In this document: piece by piece, positions 9,726 through 19,273 of the stretch
Position numbering within the stretch: the stretch's first letter is position 1
How the letters are laid out: every line of letters starts with the position of its first letter
Assembly (NCBI GenBank): GCA_016931515.1
Contig: JAFGEQ010000019.1
Location: forward strand, 160,700-224,699
From: a candidate division CSSED10-310 bacterium
GTDB lineage: Bacteria > CSSED10-310
Direction: 5' to 3'
Length of the DNA: 64,000 bases
Notes under the pieces: model-generated
Told to the model about the DNA's origin: nothing
Database searches by the model: none
What the model saw: only the letters and a program-made list of their open reading frames with translations
Made by a program: the position numbers and the translations under genes

Positions 9726-12590
9726 ATGAGAATAATCAATAGGTTGAGTATTATCGCTTTAGTCATCGGATATGCTTGTGTTAATCTCCCATCAGCCGGT
9801 GCATTCGGAAAGAACAAAGTCACATATTCCAGATTCCATTGGCAGGTTCATCAAACAGAGCATTTCGAGTATTATTATTATCCTGAAGAAGCAGAACTTA
9901 TCCCCACGGTCATCGGCTATTTCGAGACTGCATATGCCAGAATATCAGACGATCTGGGAACAGAGTTAACCGGGCATATCCCGGTTATTCTATATCGCAC
10001 TTATTCTGATTTTCAGCAAACCAATGTTCTGATGGAGTTCATACCGGGAGGTGTTGGGGGTTTTTCAGAGCCTTTAAAACGCCGTATTGTCATACCGCTT
10101 CAGAATTCTATGAGTGACCTGGAGTCACTGATCAATCATGAATTAGTGCATTCCTTCCAATTCGAGATCTTCTTCCAGAATCGTATTAATCGGATTGCTC
10201 CTATCCCGGACTGGGTAATGGAAGGATCTGCCGAACATTTCGCTGCTGACTGGGATGCGGTAGGCCGGATGGTTCTGCGCGATGCAGTTATCAGTGGATA
10301 TCTACCTGGCCTTGACCGCCTGGACGATTTTAACACTCTTCCATCGGCATATATCGGGTATAAAATTTCGCAATCCGCCGTTGATTATCTTCAGAGGGAA
10401 TATGGCAACGAAAAATTGAGGGCTTTCCTTTGGGAGATAAGGAAAACATTAAAATCAACGAATTACTTTAAAAAAGTGGTCGAGGAAATTTTTGGGATAT
10501 CGCTCGAGGAGTTATCCGCCAGATGGCAGAATGATCTGCGACGTCGGATTATAGAAATTGAACGCAGGCGGGAGAGTATCATCCAATTTGAGAAGGTGGT
10601 TTCGCCGTCTCAGGAGTATTACCGCAGGATGTCGCCTGTTTTTGGAGTCGGTAATGAAGTCATTCATTTTATGGAAGTAAACAACGACGGATTTAACGTT
10701 TACACAGGGGCGATTCGTGATCCGGAGAAAAAACCACTCAATCAGTGTTTGACTTGTGATTTGAGTATGCGGAAGTACCGGCAGGTTGTAACCGACGGAA
10801 GATCTCTCTCCTCGTGTCTTGACGATGGTCGACTCGTATTCATCGGTAAATATGAAAACAAAAACTACCTCCAGATAATTGATCCGGCAGTGGGGGGGAT
10901 GGTTCAAAGGGTTCTGATACCGGAAGATGCTCCGACATCACCCGCATTCAGTCCTGACGGCCGATATGTTGCTTATTCTGCATGGTCGGGCACGCAATCC
11001 GATATTTTTGTTTATGATCTCACCTTAGAGTCCAGCCGGAATATCACAAACGATTCCTTTGTCGATCGAACACCTTTCTGGTCACCTGACGGTTCATTCC
11101 TCGTTTATTCATCCGAACGGGATGGTCAGTTTGATCTCTATGTGGAAAATGTTGGATCCGGGTTCAAGCAGATTCTTCTGACTGCAGCGGGTGATGAAAT
11201 CACCCCGGCATGGTCTCCTGACGGTAAAAAGATAGTCTACATATCGGATCTCCAGGACGGCATCCTCGATCCATATATCATTGATCTTGAGACATCCAAT
11301 GTGCGAAGACTGGCAGCTCCGGTAACGGGTTGCATGACACCGTCATTCTCAATCGACAGTAAAAATGTTGTTCTCTCATATTTTTACAAAGGATCGGAGA
11401 GAATAGTGGTGATTCCCGCAGACCGGATCCCCGAGATACCGGAGGTAGGGAAAGATATCGAACCTCTCGGTGTCGGAGGTGAAAGTGATTACACAAAAAT
11501 GCGGGACGTCGAGCCGACGGGCGAATTTCCGAAATCGACGCAGGACTTGAATGCAGGCCCTGTCCGCTTCCACCTTGTTCCGGATTACGCCGTTGGAATG
11601 ATCAGCTACGGTACGGGTGGCGATTTTGTGTTTGAGGGAGGTCTGGTCGTATCGGATATTCTTGGCGATCACCGGATAGAACTGATCGGTCGAAAGCGCG
11701 ATAATGCCAATGGTCTTCTGGCTCAATATTTGTATTTACGGAACCGCATCGACTACGGCATCCTGTTCAGCCAGGACAGTGATTATTACTATGTCTATAA
11801 CCCGTTAATCGGATACTACCAGAAGGTCAATTGGGATGAATACTGGGGCGATGTGGTTATGGAATACCCTTTTTCCACCTACTATCGTGCGGAGCTTCAT
11901 GCGGGGTATCAGCATCTTGAGTATGAATCTGGAATCTCGGCATATAATGGTCTGGGTGAAAAATTCGCATATATAGAACCGGCGTTCGCAGGTGATACCG
12001 TTCGCTACAAATGGATGATGGGATACCCGGAAATTTATAAAGGATGGCGGTTTAGATTGAATACCCGGATTCCGGTAGCTGTCAGCGATGACCTGGAAAA
12101 CTACTGGAACACTTATTTCGACTTCAGAGAATATATGCCTTTGTCCGAGAGAGTTGTTTTCGCTGCTCGTCAATGGGGCGCTTTCTCTCATGGCGAGGAT
12201 CCCAGATATTTTGGAATCGGTGGTTTTGGAACCATCAGAGGATATGAATATAAGCGCCTGGTTGGAAGCCGGGTCGTTATAGCGAATGCCGAACTTCGTT
12301 TCCCGATTCTTGACTCAATCAGATTCCCTGGGGGTATAGCCTTTTATGGATTCAGGGCCAAAATGTTCATCGATGCTGCTGCTGTCTGGTCGGAAGACGA
12401 TAATTACAAATCGAAATTTGATGATCCGGACACATCGGAACGTGAAGGGTCGCTGGCCGCTTCGTACGGTCTTGGGATTAACTTTTGGCTGATCGGTGTG
12501 GAATGGCATTTCGAATGGGCTCGTAAAACGGATTTTCAGAACTCATCAGGCGATTGGTTCTATGAATGGTCTATTCGACGCAGTTTCTAA
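9726..12590 (+). CDS. Large outer-membrane protein: N-terminal HExxH zinc-peptidase-like domain + TolB-like WD40/beta-propeller repeats + C-terminal Omp85/surface-antigen-like beta-barrel
   Basis: Signal peptide MRIINRLSIIALVIGYACVNLPSAGA. HELVHSFQ...EGSAEH gluzincin-like motif. Repeated SPDG(R/S/K)x(V/L)(A/V)Y(S/I)... propeller blades. C-terminus ...WSIRRSF is a typical beta-signal. RBS GAGGAG before the ATG at 9726. Confidence 0.65.
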   Translation: MRIINRLSIIALVIGYACVNLPSAGAFGKNKVTYSRFHWQVHQTEHFEYYYYPEEAELIPTVIGYFETAYARISDDLGTELTGHIPVILYRTYSDFQQTNVLMEFIPGGVGGFSEPLKRRIVIPLQNSMSDLESLINHELVHSFQFEIFFQNRINRIAPIPDWVMEGSAEHFAADWDAVGRMVLRDAVISGYLPGLDRLDDFNTLPSAYIGYKISQSAVDYLQREYGNEKLRAFLWEIRKTLKSTNYFKKVVEEIFGISLEELSARWQNDLRRRIIEIERRRESIIQFEKVVSPSQEYYRRMSPVFGVGNEVIHFMEVNNDGFNVYTGAIRDPEKKPLNQCLTCDLSMRKYRQVVTDGRSLSSCLDDGRLVFIGKYENKNYLQIIDPAVGGMVQRVLIPEDAPTSPAFSPDGRYVAYSAWSGTQSDIFVYDLTLESSRNITNDSFVDRTPFWSPDGSFLVYSSERDGQFDLYVENVGSGFKQILLTAAGDEITPAWSPDGKKIVYISDLQDGILDPYIIDLETSNVRRLAAPVTGCMTPSFSIDSKNVVLSYFYKGSERIVVIPADRIPEIPEVGKDIEPLGVGGESDYTKMRDVEPTGEFPKSTQDLNAGPVRFHLVPDYAVGMISYGTGGDFVFEGGLVVSDILGDHRIELIGRKRDNANGLLAQYLYLRNRIDYGILFSQDSDYYYVYNPLIGYYQKVNWDEYWGDVVMEYPFSTYYRAELHAGYQHLEYESGISAYNGLGEKFAYIEPAFAGDTVRYKWMMGYPEIYKGWRFRLNTRIPVAVSDDLENYWNTYFDFREYMPLSERVVFAARQWGAFSHGEDPRYFGIGGFGTIRGYEYKRLVGSRVVIANAELRFPILDSIRFPGGIAFYGFRAKMFIDAAAVWSEDDNYKSKFDDPDTSEREGSLAASYGLGINFWLIGVEWHFEWARKTDFQNSSGDWFYEWSIRRSF

Positions 12591-12656
12591 TTGATCCGGA
12601 CAGTTCCCAATCGGACTCCCGGATTCAGATAATATGCGATCCACGGTCCATCAACA

Positions 12657-14018
12657 TCAGTGAAGCATGATCAAAATCTGCCGGGAGAATTCCGATAAAG
12701 AGGGATCCCGGGCACCCATTACAATCACCCAATCACCCGTCTCTGTGGAATGTGAAATTTCGTCGATGATGTTTGCACGGTCCAGAACCTGTGCTTTTCG
12801 CCCACCGGCTAGGATCTGTGCAGCGAGATCCTCGGATCGGACATCTTGTTGAGTTGTTCCGCCGGCATAGAAAATTGGAGTTAAAATCAAGCGATCATGC
12901 GGTCTCAATCCGGATATAAACTGGTCGATGAGTTCATTGAATAGAAATCGTGTGGGACCGAAACCGTGGGGTTGATACACATAGATAACCCGATTGGACA
13001 ATTGTCTGGATACCGACATGGTCGCCCGGATTTTATCAGGATTATGGGCGAAGTCATCGACGACGGTAACTCCGTTTTTTTGACCGGTAATCTGGAAACG
13101 CCGATGGATTCCGCGGAACGTTTCCAGCGCGGAAATACAATCTTTCGGAGCTTTTCCAAGGTAACGCAACAGAGTATAGGCGGCCATGGCATTTTGAAGA
13201 TTGTGTACTCCGGGTATGGCAATCTGTAAACGGCATCCCTCCACGGTACATGCAGCCTGTAATCCCATCGTGGTGATGTCGGACATTCTGAAACGGGCAC
13301 TCGGGTGTTCTCCGAAAGTGATGGATCGACTGGTTTCACCAGACAGTTCCCGTGTCAAAGGACAATCTGCATTGGCTATTAGAACGTCCTTGATGTTTGC
13401 GATATATTGCCTGAAGATGCTCAGCAGATCGTCAATCGGCAGATGATCCTTTGAAATATTGGTCAAAATGCCTATTGAGGGTTTGAATCGAACGAGACTC
13501 CCATCACTCTCATCAGCCTCGAATACTGACAGAGGACTTTTCCCCAACAGGATATCCGAGTCAACTCCGGTGCTGATCAAATCGAGGATTCTGGCACCAT
13601 TAATGACTGTGGGACTAAATCCGGCCTGTTGTAAAGCCCATGCACACAGTCCTGTAACGGTACTTTTACCGGAGGTTCCTGCAACTGCAATATTTCGGTA
13701 GGAAGCCATCAATTCCATCAGGATTTCAGATCTATGGATGATTGGCAATTCGAGGCGTTTCGCAGCAAGAACATCCGGAATTGATGATTCGACCGCCGTG
13801 GAAATGATGACCTGATCCAGTTGATCATGAATGCCGGATCCATCTTGTGGAAACAACGTGATCCCTGCAGCGGTCAATTCACGGAAAAAATCACGCTGGT
13901 GCCCACGATCATTCTCACGGTCCGAACCGCTGATTTGATGACCCTGCAGATTCATCAGACGAGCGATACCGTTCATCCCGGATCCACCTATCCCGACAAA
14001 AAAAAGCGACTTTTTCAT
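12657..14018 (-). CDS. Mur ligase, MurC/Mpl type (UDP-N-acetylmuramate--L-alanine ligase or murein peptide ligase)
   Basis: FFVGIGGSGMNGIA...ISGSD N-terminal Rossmann; IAVAGTSGKST P-loop; VFEADESDGS; DDFAHNP C-terminal block. It lies outside a dcw cluster, so Mpl is possible. Confidence 0.7.
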   Translation of the reverse strand: MKKSLFFVGIGGSGMNGIARLMNLQGHQISGSDRENDRGHQRDFFRELTAAGITLFPQDGSGIHDQLDQVIISTAVESSIPDVLAAKRLELPIIHRSEILMELMASYRNIAVAGTSGKSTVTGLCAWALQQAGFSPTVINGARILDLISTGVDSDILLGKSPLSVFEADESDGSLVRFKPSIGILTNISKDHLPIDDLLSIFRQYIANIKDVLIANADCPLTRELSGETSRSITFGEHPSARFRMSDITTMGLQAACTVEGCRLQIAIPGVHNLQNAMAAYTLLRYLGKAPKDCISALETFRGIHRRFQITGQKNGVTVVDDFAHNPDKIRATMSVSRQLSNRVIYVYQPHGFGPTRFLFNELIDQFISGLRPHDRLILTPIFYAGGTTQQDVRSEDLAAQILAGGRKAQVLDRANIIDEISHSTETGDWVIVMGARDPSLSEFSRQILIMLH

Positions 14019-14272
14019 ACCGTCTATCCCTGATTGATCCTCACATACCTTGGATCTGAAAATACATCAAATATAATTGTCGATCCACAAAATAAGAGAT
14101 TCTCACGTACAATCAGAGGTTAACGCACAATACCGTGCGATTGATCCGATTTAAGTGAAAAAGAAGAACTCTGCAACCTCTTACTGAAGATCGCAGAGTC
14201 GCCAAAACACTTGAATGATTTTATCATGTAACGTAAGCTTGAACATGAAGCAGCCCAATGGAGGATCCCATT

Positions 14273-15460
14273 TTGAAAATCCATGAGTATCAAGCTAAAA
14301 ACCTGATGAAGCAGTTCGGTATCCCTGTTATGGACAGTCGGGTGGCGGAGTCGATGGACGATGGTATTGCGATTGTGCAAGACATGTTTGATTCCGGTAT
14401 TAAACGCATGTTCATCAAGGCTCAGATCCATGCGGGTGGACGCGGAAAGGCAGGCGGAATCGCTGAAATTCGATCGATGGATGATGCGGTCAAAGCGCTG
14501 AACCGAATTCTCGGCATGCGTCTAGTGAACAATCAAACCGGACCTGAGGGAAAAATCGTGCATAAGGTTATGATTGTGGAGGCTGACAGGGCCATCGTGC
14601 AGGAACTGTACGCCGGGATTATTCTGGACAGGGAACACGAACTTCCACTCCTTTTGGTTTCAGCAAAGGGGGGCGTAGATATCGAGGAACTTGCCGTGAA
14701 GCATCCAGAGGCTATTCTCAGACAATCAATTGATCCATGGCTTGGATTGATGGATTTCCAAGCGAGAAATTTGGCGGTAGATCTCGGCCTGACAGGTAAA
14801 ACCGTGGATTTCGCGATTCGGACTTTTACGGGTATGTATCACATGTTCATGAATCTCGATTGTTCACAGATTGAGATAAACCCTCTGGCAATTGATCCGG
14901 ACAGCAACATGTTTGCATTGGATGCCAAAGTCGCTTTAGATGAATCAGCATTTTTCAAACATCCTGAGTTGAAGCTTCTGCACGATCCTTTGGAAGAATC
15001 TCCGCTGGAGATATGGGCAGCAAAAAACAAGTTGAACTATGTAAAACTGGATGGTGAGATCGGTTGCATGGTTAATGGCGCGGGTCTTGCGATGGCGACG
15101 ATGGACACGATTAATCATTTTAGAGGTAAACCAGCCAATTTCCTTGATGTGGGAGGCGGTGCCAATACGGAGACGATAACTGAGGCTTTTAAAATTCTCC
15201 TTAGTGACAACTCGGTTCGAGCTGTGCTCATTAATATCTTTGGCGGTATCGTCAGGTGTGACAGGGTTGCTGAAGGGATTATTCGAGCAGCCCAAGATTC
15301 GGCCATCGATCGTCCCTTAGTCATCCGACTGGCGGGAACCAATGCTGCTCAGGGAATGGATCTGTTGCGCCGATCCGGACTCTCGCTGGAAACCGCGTGC
15401 TGTCTCGATGAAGCTGCTGAAAGAGTTGTTGCGCTGGCAAATGAAGGAGTCAATCGATGA
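14273..15460 (+). CDS. sucC: Succinyl-CoA synthetase beta subunit (ADP/GDP-forming)
   Basis: [19 protein letters not shown]... ATP-grasp N-terminus. Preferred start is TTG at 14273, 7 nt after GGAGGA; the listed ATG at 14258 is an alternative. Confidence 0.85.
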   Translation: MKIHEYQAKNLMKQFGIPVMDSRVAESMDDGIAIVQDMFDSGIKRMFIKAQIHAGGRGKAGGIAEIRSMDDAVKALNRILGMRLVNNQTGPEGKIVHKVMIVEADRAIVQELYAGIILDREHELPLLLVSAKGGVDIEELAVKHPEAILRQSIDPWLGLMDFQARNLAVDLGLTGKTVDFAIRTFTGMYHMFMNLDCSQIEINPLAIDPDSNMFALDAKVALDESAFFKHPELKLLHDPLEESPLEIWAAKNKLNYVKLDGEIGCMVNGAGLAMATMDTINHFRGKPANFLDVGGGANTETITEAFKILLSDNSVRAVLINIFGGIVRCDRVAEGIIRAAQDSAIDRPLVIRLAGTNAAQGMDLLRRSGLSLETACCLDEAAERVVALANEGVNR

Positions 15461-16329
15461 GTATTCTTGTCAGTCGTGATTCAAAGGTTATTGTTCAGGG
15501 TATTACAGGCAGGGAAGGTACTTTTCACACGGAAAGCATGAAAAAATATGGAACTCGGATTGTTGCCGGCGTAACGCCAGGCAAAGGCGGTACCCGGATA
15601 ATGGATATTCCAATATTCGATTCAATGAAAAAAGCCGTTCAGACAACCGATGCCGATACATCAATCATTTTCGTCCCGCCTCGTTTTGCAACGGATGCAA
15701 TTTTCGAAGCGGCTGATTCAGGAATCACCCTAATTGTCTGTATCACCGAAGGAATCCCGGCCATTGATATGATGAAAGTCAAAAAGCATTTAAAATCAAT
15801 TGGTGTAAGATTAATCGGCCCCAATTGTCCGGGTCTGATTACCCCAGGGGAATGCAAAATTGGGATCATGCCATCTCCCATACATCGTCCAGGTCGGGTC
15901 GGTGTGGTCAGTCGCAGTGGTACGCTGACGTATGAAGTGATTTCACAGATAACGGAAGTCGGCCTGGGTCAATCCACCGCTGTTGGAATCGGCGGAGATC
16001 CAATTCCGGGAACGGATTTTGTCGATTGTCTGGAATTGTTCCAAAATGATCCGGGGACGGATGCGGTCGTTTTAATCGGCGAAATCGGTGGCAACTCCGA
16101 AGAACGAGCAGCCATGTTTGTTCATGATCACATGTCAAAACCTGTCATCGGGTTTATAGCAGGGAAGACAGCGCCTCCGGGAAAACGCATGGGGCATGCT
16201 GGAGCGATCATTGCAGGAGGAAAAGGCACAGCTTCCGAGAAGATTAAGGCGATGGAATCCGCTGGCGTACATGTGGTCAGTCGACTCAGCGAAGTCGGGA
16301 AAACATTACTCCGGAGTCTTGATCATTAA
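15457..16329 (+). CDS. sucD: Succinyl-CoA synthetase alpha subunit
   Basis: CoA-binding N-terminus [11 protein letters not shown] and the phospho-histidine region GHAGAII. Overlaps sucC by 4 nt. Confidence 0.85.
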   Translation: MSILVSRDSKVIVQGITGREGTFHTESMKKYGTRIVAGVTPGKGGTRIMDIPIFDSMKKAVQTTDADTSIIFVPPRFATDAIFEAADSGITLIVCITEGIPAIDMMKVKKHLKSIGVRLIGPNCPGLITPGECKIGIMPSPIHRPGRVGVVSRSGTLTYEVISQITEVGLGQSTAVGIGGDPIPGTDFVDCLELFQNDPGTDAVVLIGEIGGNSEERAAMFVHDHMSKPVIGFIAGKTAPPGKRMGHAGAIIAGGKGTASEKIKAMESAGVHVVSRLSEVGKTLLRSLDH

Positions 16330-16444
16330 ATTGTAATATGCTTCAATCCGTCGTTGATATCCGGATCCTGATGTGATACTCCACTAAAGAATGTCAATTA
16401 TCTCCGGAGAATTAAAAACGACATAGAAATATGGGGGAATTAGC

Positions 16445-16678
16445 TTGAGCGCATCATCAAGGAAAGTTAAGGAAATCAGAATTCGCGCGGAGTGGTGTAA
16501 GGGTTGTGGAATCTGCGTTTATGTCTGCCCCAAAAATGTATTTGAAATGAATAGATTCAAAGCGATCGTCGCGAGACAGGATGATTGCATTGTCTGCGGC
16601 AGATGTGAAGAAGCATGCCCCGATTTTTGCCTTGAAATCATACCGGATGATTCAAGTAATCAGGATGTAGAACAATGA
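16445..16678 (+). CDS. korD: 2-oxoacid:ferredoxin oxidoreductase delta subunit (2x[4Fe-4S] ferredoxin)
   Basis: 77 aa with two CxxCxxCxxxCP clusters (CKGCGICVYVCP, CIVCGRCEEACP). Confidence 0.8.
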   Translation: MSASSRKVKEIRIRAEWCKGCGICVYVCPKNVFEMNRFKAIVARQDDCIVCGRCEEACPDFCLEIIPDDSSNQDVEQ

Positions 16679-17814
16679 GCAACAAGATAAAACCCGTCTT
16701 CGTTCAGGGGAATCATGCCTGTGTGCTTGGCGCTTTGAAAGCGGGATGCCGATTTTTTGCCGGTTACCCAATCACACCGTCATCGGAAATAGCTGAAATT
16801 CTCGCAATTGAGTTACCTAAAATTGGTGGCCGCTTTATCCAGATGGAGGATGAAATCGCAGCCATGGGGGCTGTCATAGGTGCATCACTCACCGGGATGA
16901 AAGCTCTCACTGCAACGAGCGGCCCCGGATTTTCATTGAAGCAGGAAAACATCGGATACGCTGTGATGACCGAAGTGCCGTGTGTGATTGTCAATGTCCA
17001 GCGTGGTGGCATGAGTACCGGACTCCCGACTCAGTCTGCCCAGGGAGATGTCTTACAATCCCGTTGGGGAACTCATGGAGACCATGAAATCATCGTGCTG
17101 ACACCCTCAACAATTCCGGAAATATATCGGTTGACAATTCGAGCGTTCAACCTGGCGGAGAAGTACAGAACTCCTGTTATACTGCTCCTCGATGAGATTA
17201 TCGGTCATATGCGAGAGGTTCTTGTTGAATACGATGATGCCGATGTCGAAAGAATAGAACGGGTCCGCCCCGATTGTCCACCGGATCAGTATTTGCCTTT
17301 CAAACCTGATGAAACAGATATTCCTCCGATGGCAGATTTCGGATCCGGTTATCGATACCATGTCACAGGGCTGTGCCATGATGAAACGGGATTTCCAACA
17401 AACGATCCCGTAAAAATCGATAAAATGATGCAACGCCTGAATAGAAAAATCTCCCGGTACACGGATGATATCGTGGAATATCAATTGGATGGAAATTCTG
17501 ATGCTCCCGTGTTGCTGATGGCGTATGGTTCATCCGCACGGTCAGCCCGACAGGCTCTTCGCATCGGTGATGAAAGAGGCATCTCAATGTCTTTGTTTCA
17601 GCCTTTGACAATCTGGCCATTTCCTGAGACCGCATTTCAGGCAGCTGCCGCCGGCAAGAAGAAAATTATAGTTGTGGAGGCTAATGCAGGACAGATGAAA
17701 CGAGAAATTGAGAGACTTGTAAATCGAGATATCCAGGTGCAACTGATCGGGTCTCTTAATGGTGAACCGATTCATCCGGAGAAAATTTTGCTGGCAGCAG
17801 GGGAGGTCGGCTGA
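16675..17814 (+). CDS. korA: 2-oxoacid:ferredoxin oxidoreductase alpha subunit (probably 2-oxoglutarate, given adjacent sucCD)
   Basis: 379 aa of the KorA/PorA family; coupled to the delta and beta genes by overlapping stop/start codons. Confidence 0.8.
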   Translation: MSNKIKPVFVQGNHACVLGALKAGCRFFAGYPITPSSEIAEILAIELPKIGGRFIQMEDEIAAMGAVIGASLTGMKALTATSGPGFSLKQENIGYAVMTEVPCVIVNVQRGGMSTGLPTQSAQGDVLQSRWGTHGDHEIIVLTPSTIPEIYRLTIRAFNLAEKYRTPVILLLDEIIGHMREVLVEYDDADVERIERVRPDCPPDQYLPFKPDETDIPPMADFGSGYRYHVTGLCHDETGFPTNDPVKIDKMMQRLNRKISRYTDDIVEYQLDGNSDAPVLLMAYGSSARSARQALRIGDERGISMSLFQPLTIWPFPETAFQAAAAGKKKIIVVEANAGQMKREIERLVNRDIQVQLIGSLNGEPIHPEKILLAAGEVG

Positions 17815-18629
17815 TGTTCAATTATGAAAAATATCTCAGGGTCAAAAAATTTCCCCATATCTGGTGTGCCGGATGCGGAGATGGAACGATCCTAAAGAGC
17901 CTGCTCAGGGCTGTCGATCATCTTAATTTAAGTAAGGATGAGGTTGTATTGGTATCCGGTATCGGTTGTTCATCCAGGACGCCGGGCTATGTCGATTTCA
18001 ATACATTACATACAACGCATGGTCGAGCTCTTGCGTTTGCGACCGGTGTAAAACACGCCAAGCCTGATCTTCATGTTATTGTAGTTTCCGGCGATGGTGA
18101 TGCTACTGCGATTGGTGGTAATCACTTTATCCATGCTGCACGACGCAATATCGACATCACAATGATCTTATTTAACAACTTCATATACGGTATGACGGGA
18201 GGTCAGGCGTCACCGACAACTCCACTTGGCGCGATGGCGAGCACGGCTCCTTACGGTTCGATTGAACCAAATTTCAATGTCAGTGAACTGGCGAAATCAG
18301 CTGGAGCATCTTTTGTCGCGCGCACAACTGCATTCCATACTGGGCAGATGGAGAATCTGTTCATCAAAGCCATATCGAAAAAGGGGTTCAGCCTTGTAGA
18401 AGTGATTGTCCAGTGCCCGACTGCATATGGACGCAGAAACAAGTTGCGCTCACCAGTTGATATGCTGAAATGGCAAAAAGACCATGCAGTTCCGGTCAGC
18501 GCTGCTGCAAAGATGACGCCGGAGCAGCTGGAGGGTAAATTTACAACCGGAGTACTCTGGGATATAGATCGCCCGGAATATACGGATCAATATCGGAGGT
18601 TGATCGAAAAAGCCTCCGGTCAGTGTTAA
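17814..18629 (+). CDS. korB: 2-oxoacid:ferredoxin oxidoreductase beta subunit (TPP-binding)
   Basis: GCGDG...SGIGCS TPP/[4Fe-4S] motifs and GDGD thiamine-PP binding. Confidence 0.8.
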   Translation: MFNYEKYLRVKKFPHIWCAGCGDGTILKSLLRAVDHLNLSKDEVVLVSGIGCSSRTPGYVDFNTLHTTHGRALAFATGVKHAKPDLHVIVVSGDGDATAIGGNHFIHAARRNIDITMILFNNFIYGMTGGQASPTTPLGAMASTAPYGSIEPNFNVSELAKSAGASFVARTTAFHTGQMENLFIKAISKKGFSLVEVIVQCPTAYGRRNKLRSPVDMLKWQKDHAVPVSAAAKMTPEQLEGKFTTGVLWDIDRPEYTDQYRRLIEKASGQC

Positions 18630-18655
18630 TCGGAAAATGAGCGGAGATATACACG

Positions 18656-19198
18656 ATGAGATATGAAGTACGTCTGAGCGGAGCTGGTGGGCAGGGAATG
18701 ATTCTGGCCGGAGTGATCCTGGCGGAAGCCGCCGCAATATATGATGACAAGAATGCCACTCAGAGTCAGTCATATGGACCGGAAGCCCGTGGAGGCGCCA
18801 GTAAATCTGAAGTAATTATAAGCGATGAGGATATCTTTTATCCCAAAGCGACCAACATTGATCTGCTTCTGGCGCTGACTCAGGAAGCATGCCAGAAATA
18901 TGTGGGAGATCTGAAACCAGACGGCATCTTGGTCATTGACGAGGATCTCGTTCAGACAATACCGGACGGTACTTTCAGTGTTTTCCGCGTGCCGATTACA
19001 AAAATCGCTCAGGAAAAAGTCGGGAAGGTAATTGTTGCCAATATCGTGGCATTGGGCGTTATCGTTGGTCTATCGAAGGTTGTCAGTGAGACCGCTATCG
19101 AAAGTGCTGTGCTGGCGAGAGTTCCGCGCGGAACAGAAGACCTGAACCGAAAAGCGCTCCGCGCCGGTTTTGAAGCAGTGAAAGACTTATCGAAATAA
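18656..19198 (+). CDS. korC: 2-oxoacid:ferredoxin oxidoreductase gamma subunit
   Basis: 180 aa with GxGGQG (SGAGGQGMILAG), typical of the gamma subunit. Confidence 0.8.
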   Translation: MRYEVRLSGAGGQGMILAGVILAEAAAIYDDKNATQSQSYGPEARGGASKSEVIISDEDIFYPKATNIDLLLALTQEACQKYVGDLKPDGILVIDEDLVQTIPDGTFSVFRVPITKIAQEKVGKVIVANIVALGVIVGLSKVVSETAIESAVLARVPRGTEDLNRKALRAGFEAVKDLSK

Positions 19199-19273
19199 AG
19201 TCCTGTTCATAGCTTTAATGCCCTTCGACACTGATTTTGCCCGCACGCTCCCGGAATGCCTGATAACGCAAAT

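Noticed and set aside
12905-13701. Short ORFs on both strands within the MurC/Mpl ligase gene
   Set aside because: They are shadows of a conserved Mur-ligase reading frame.
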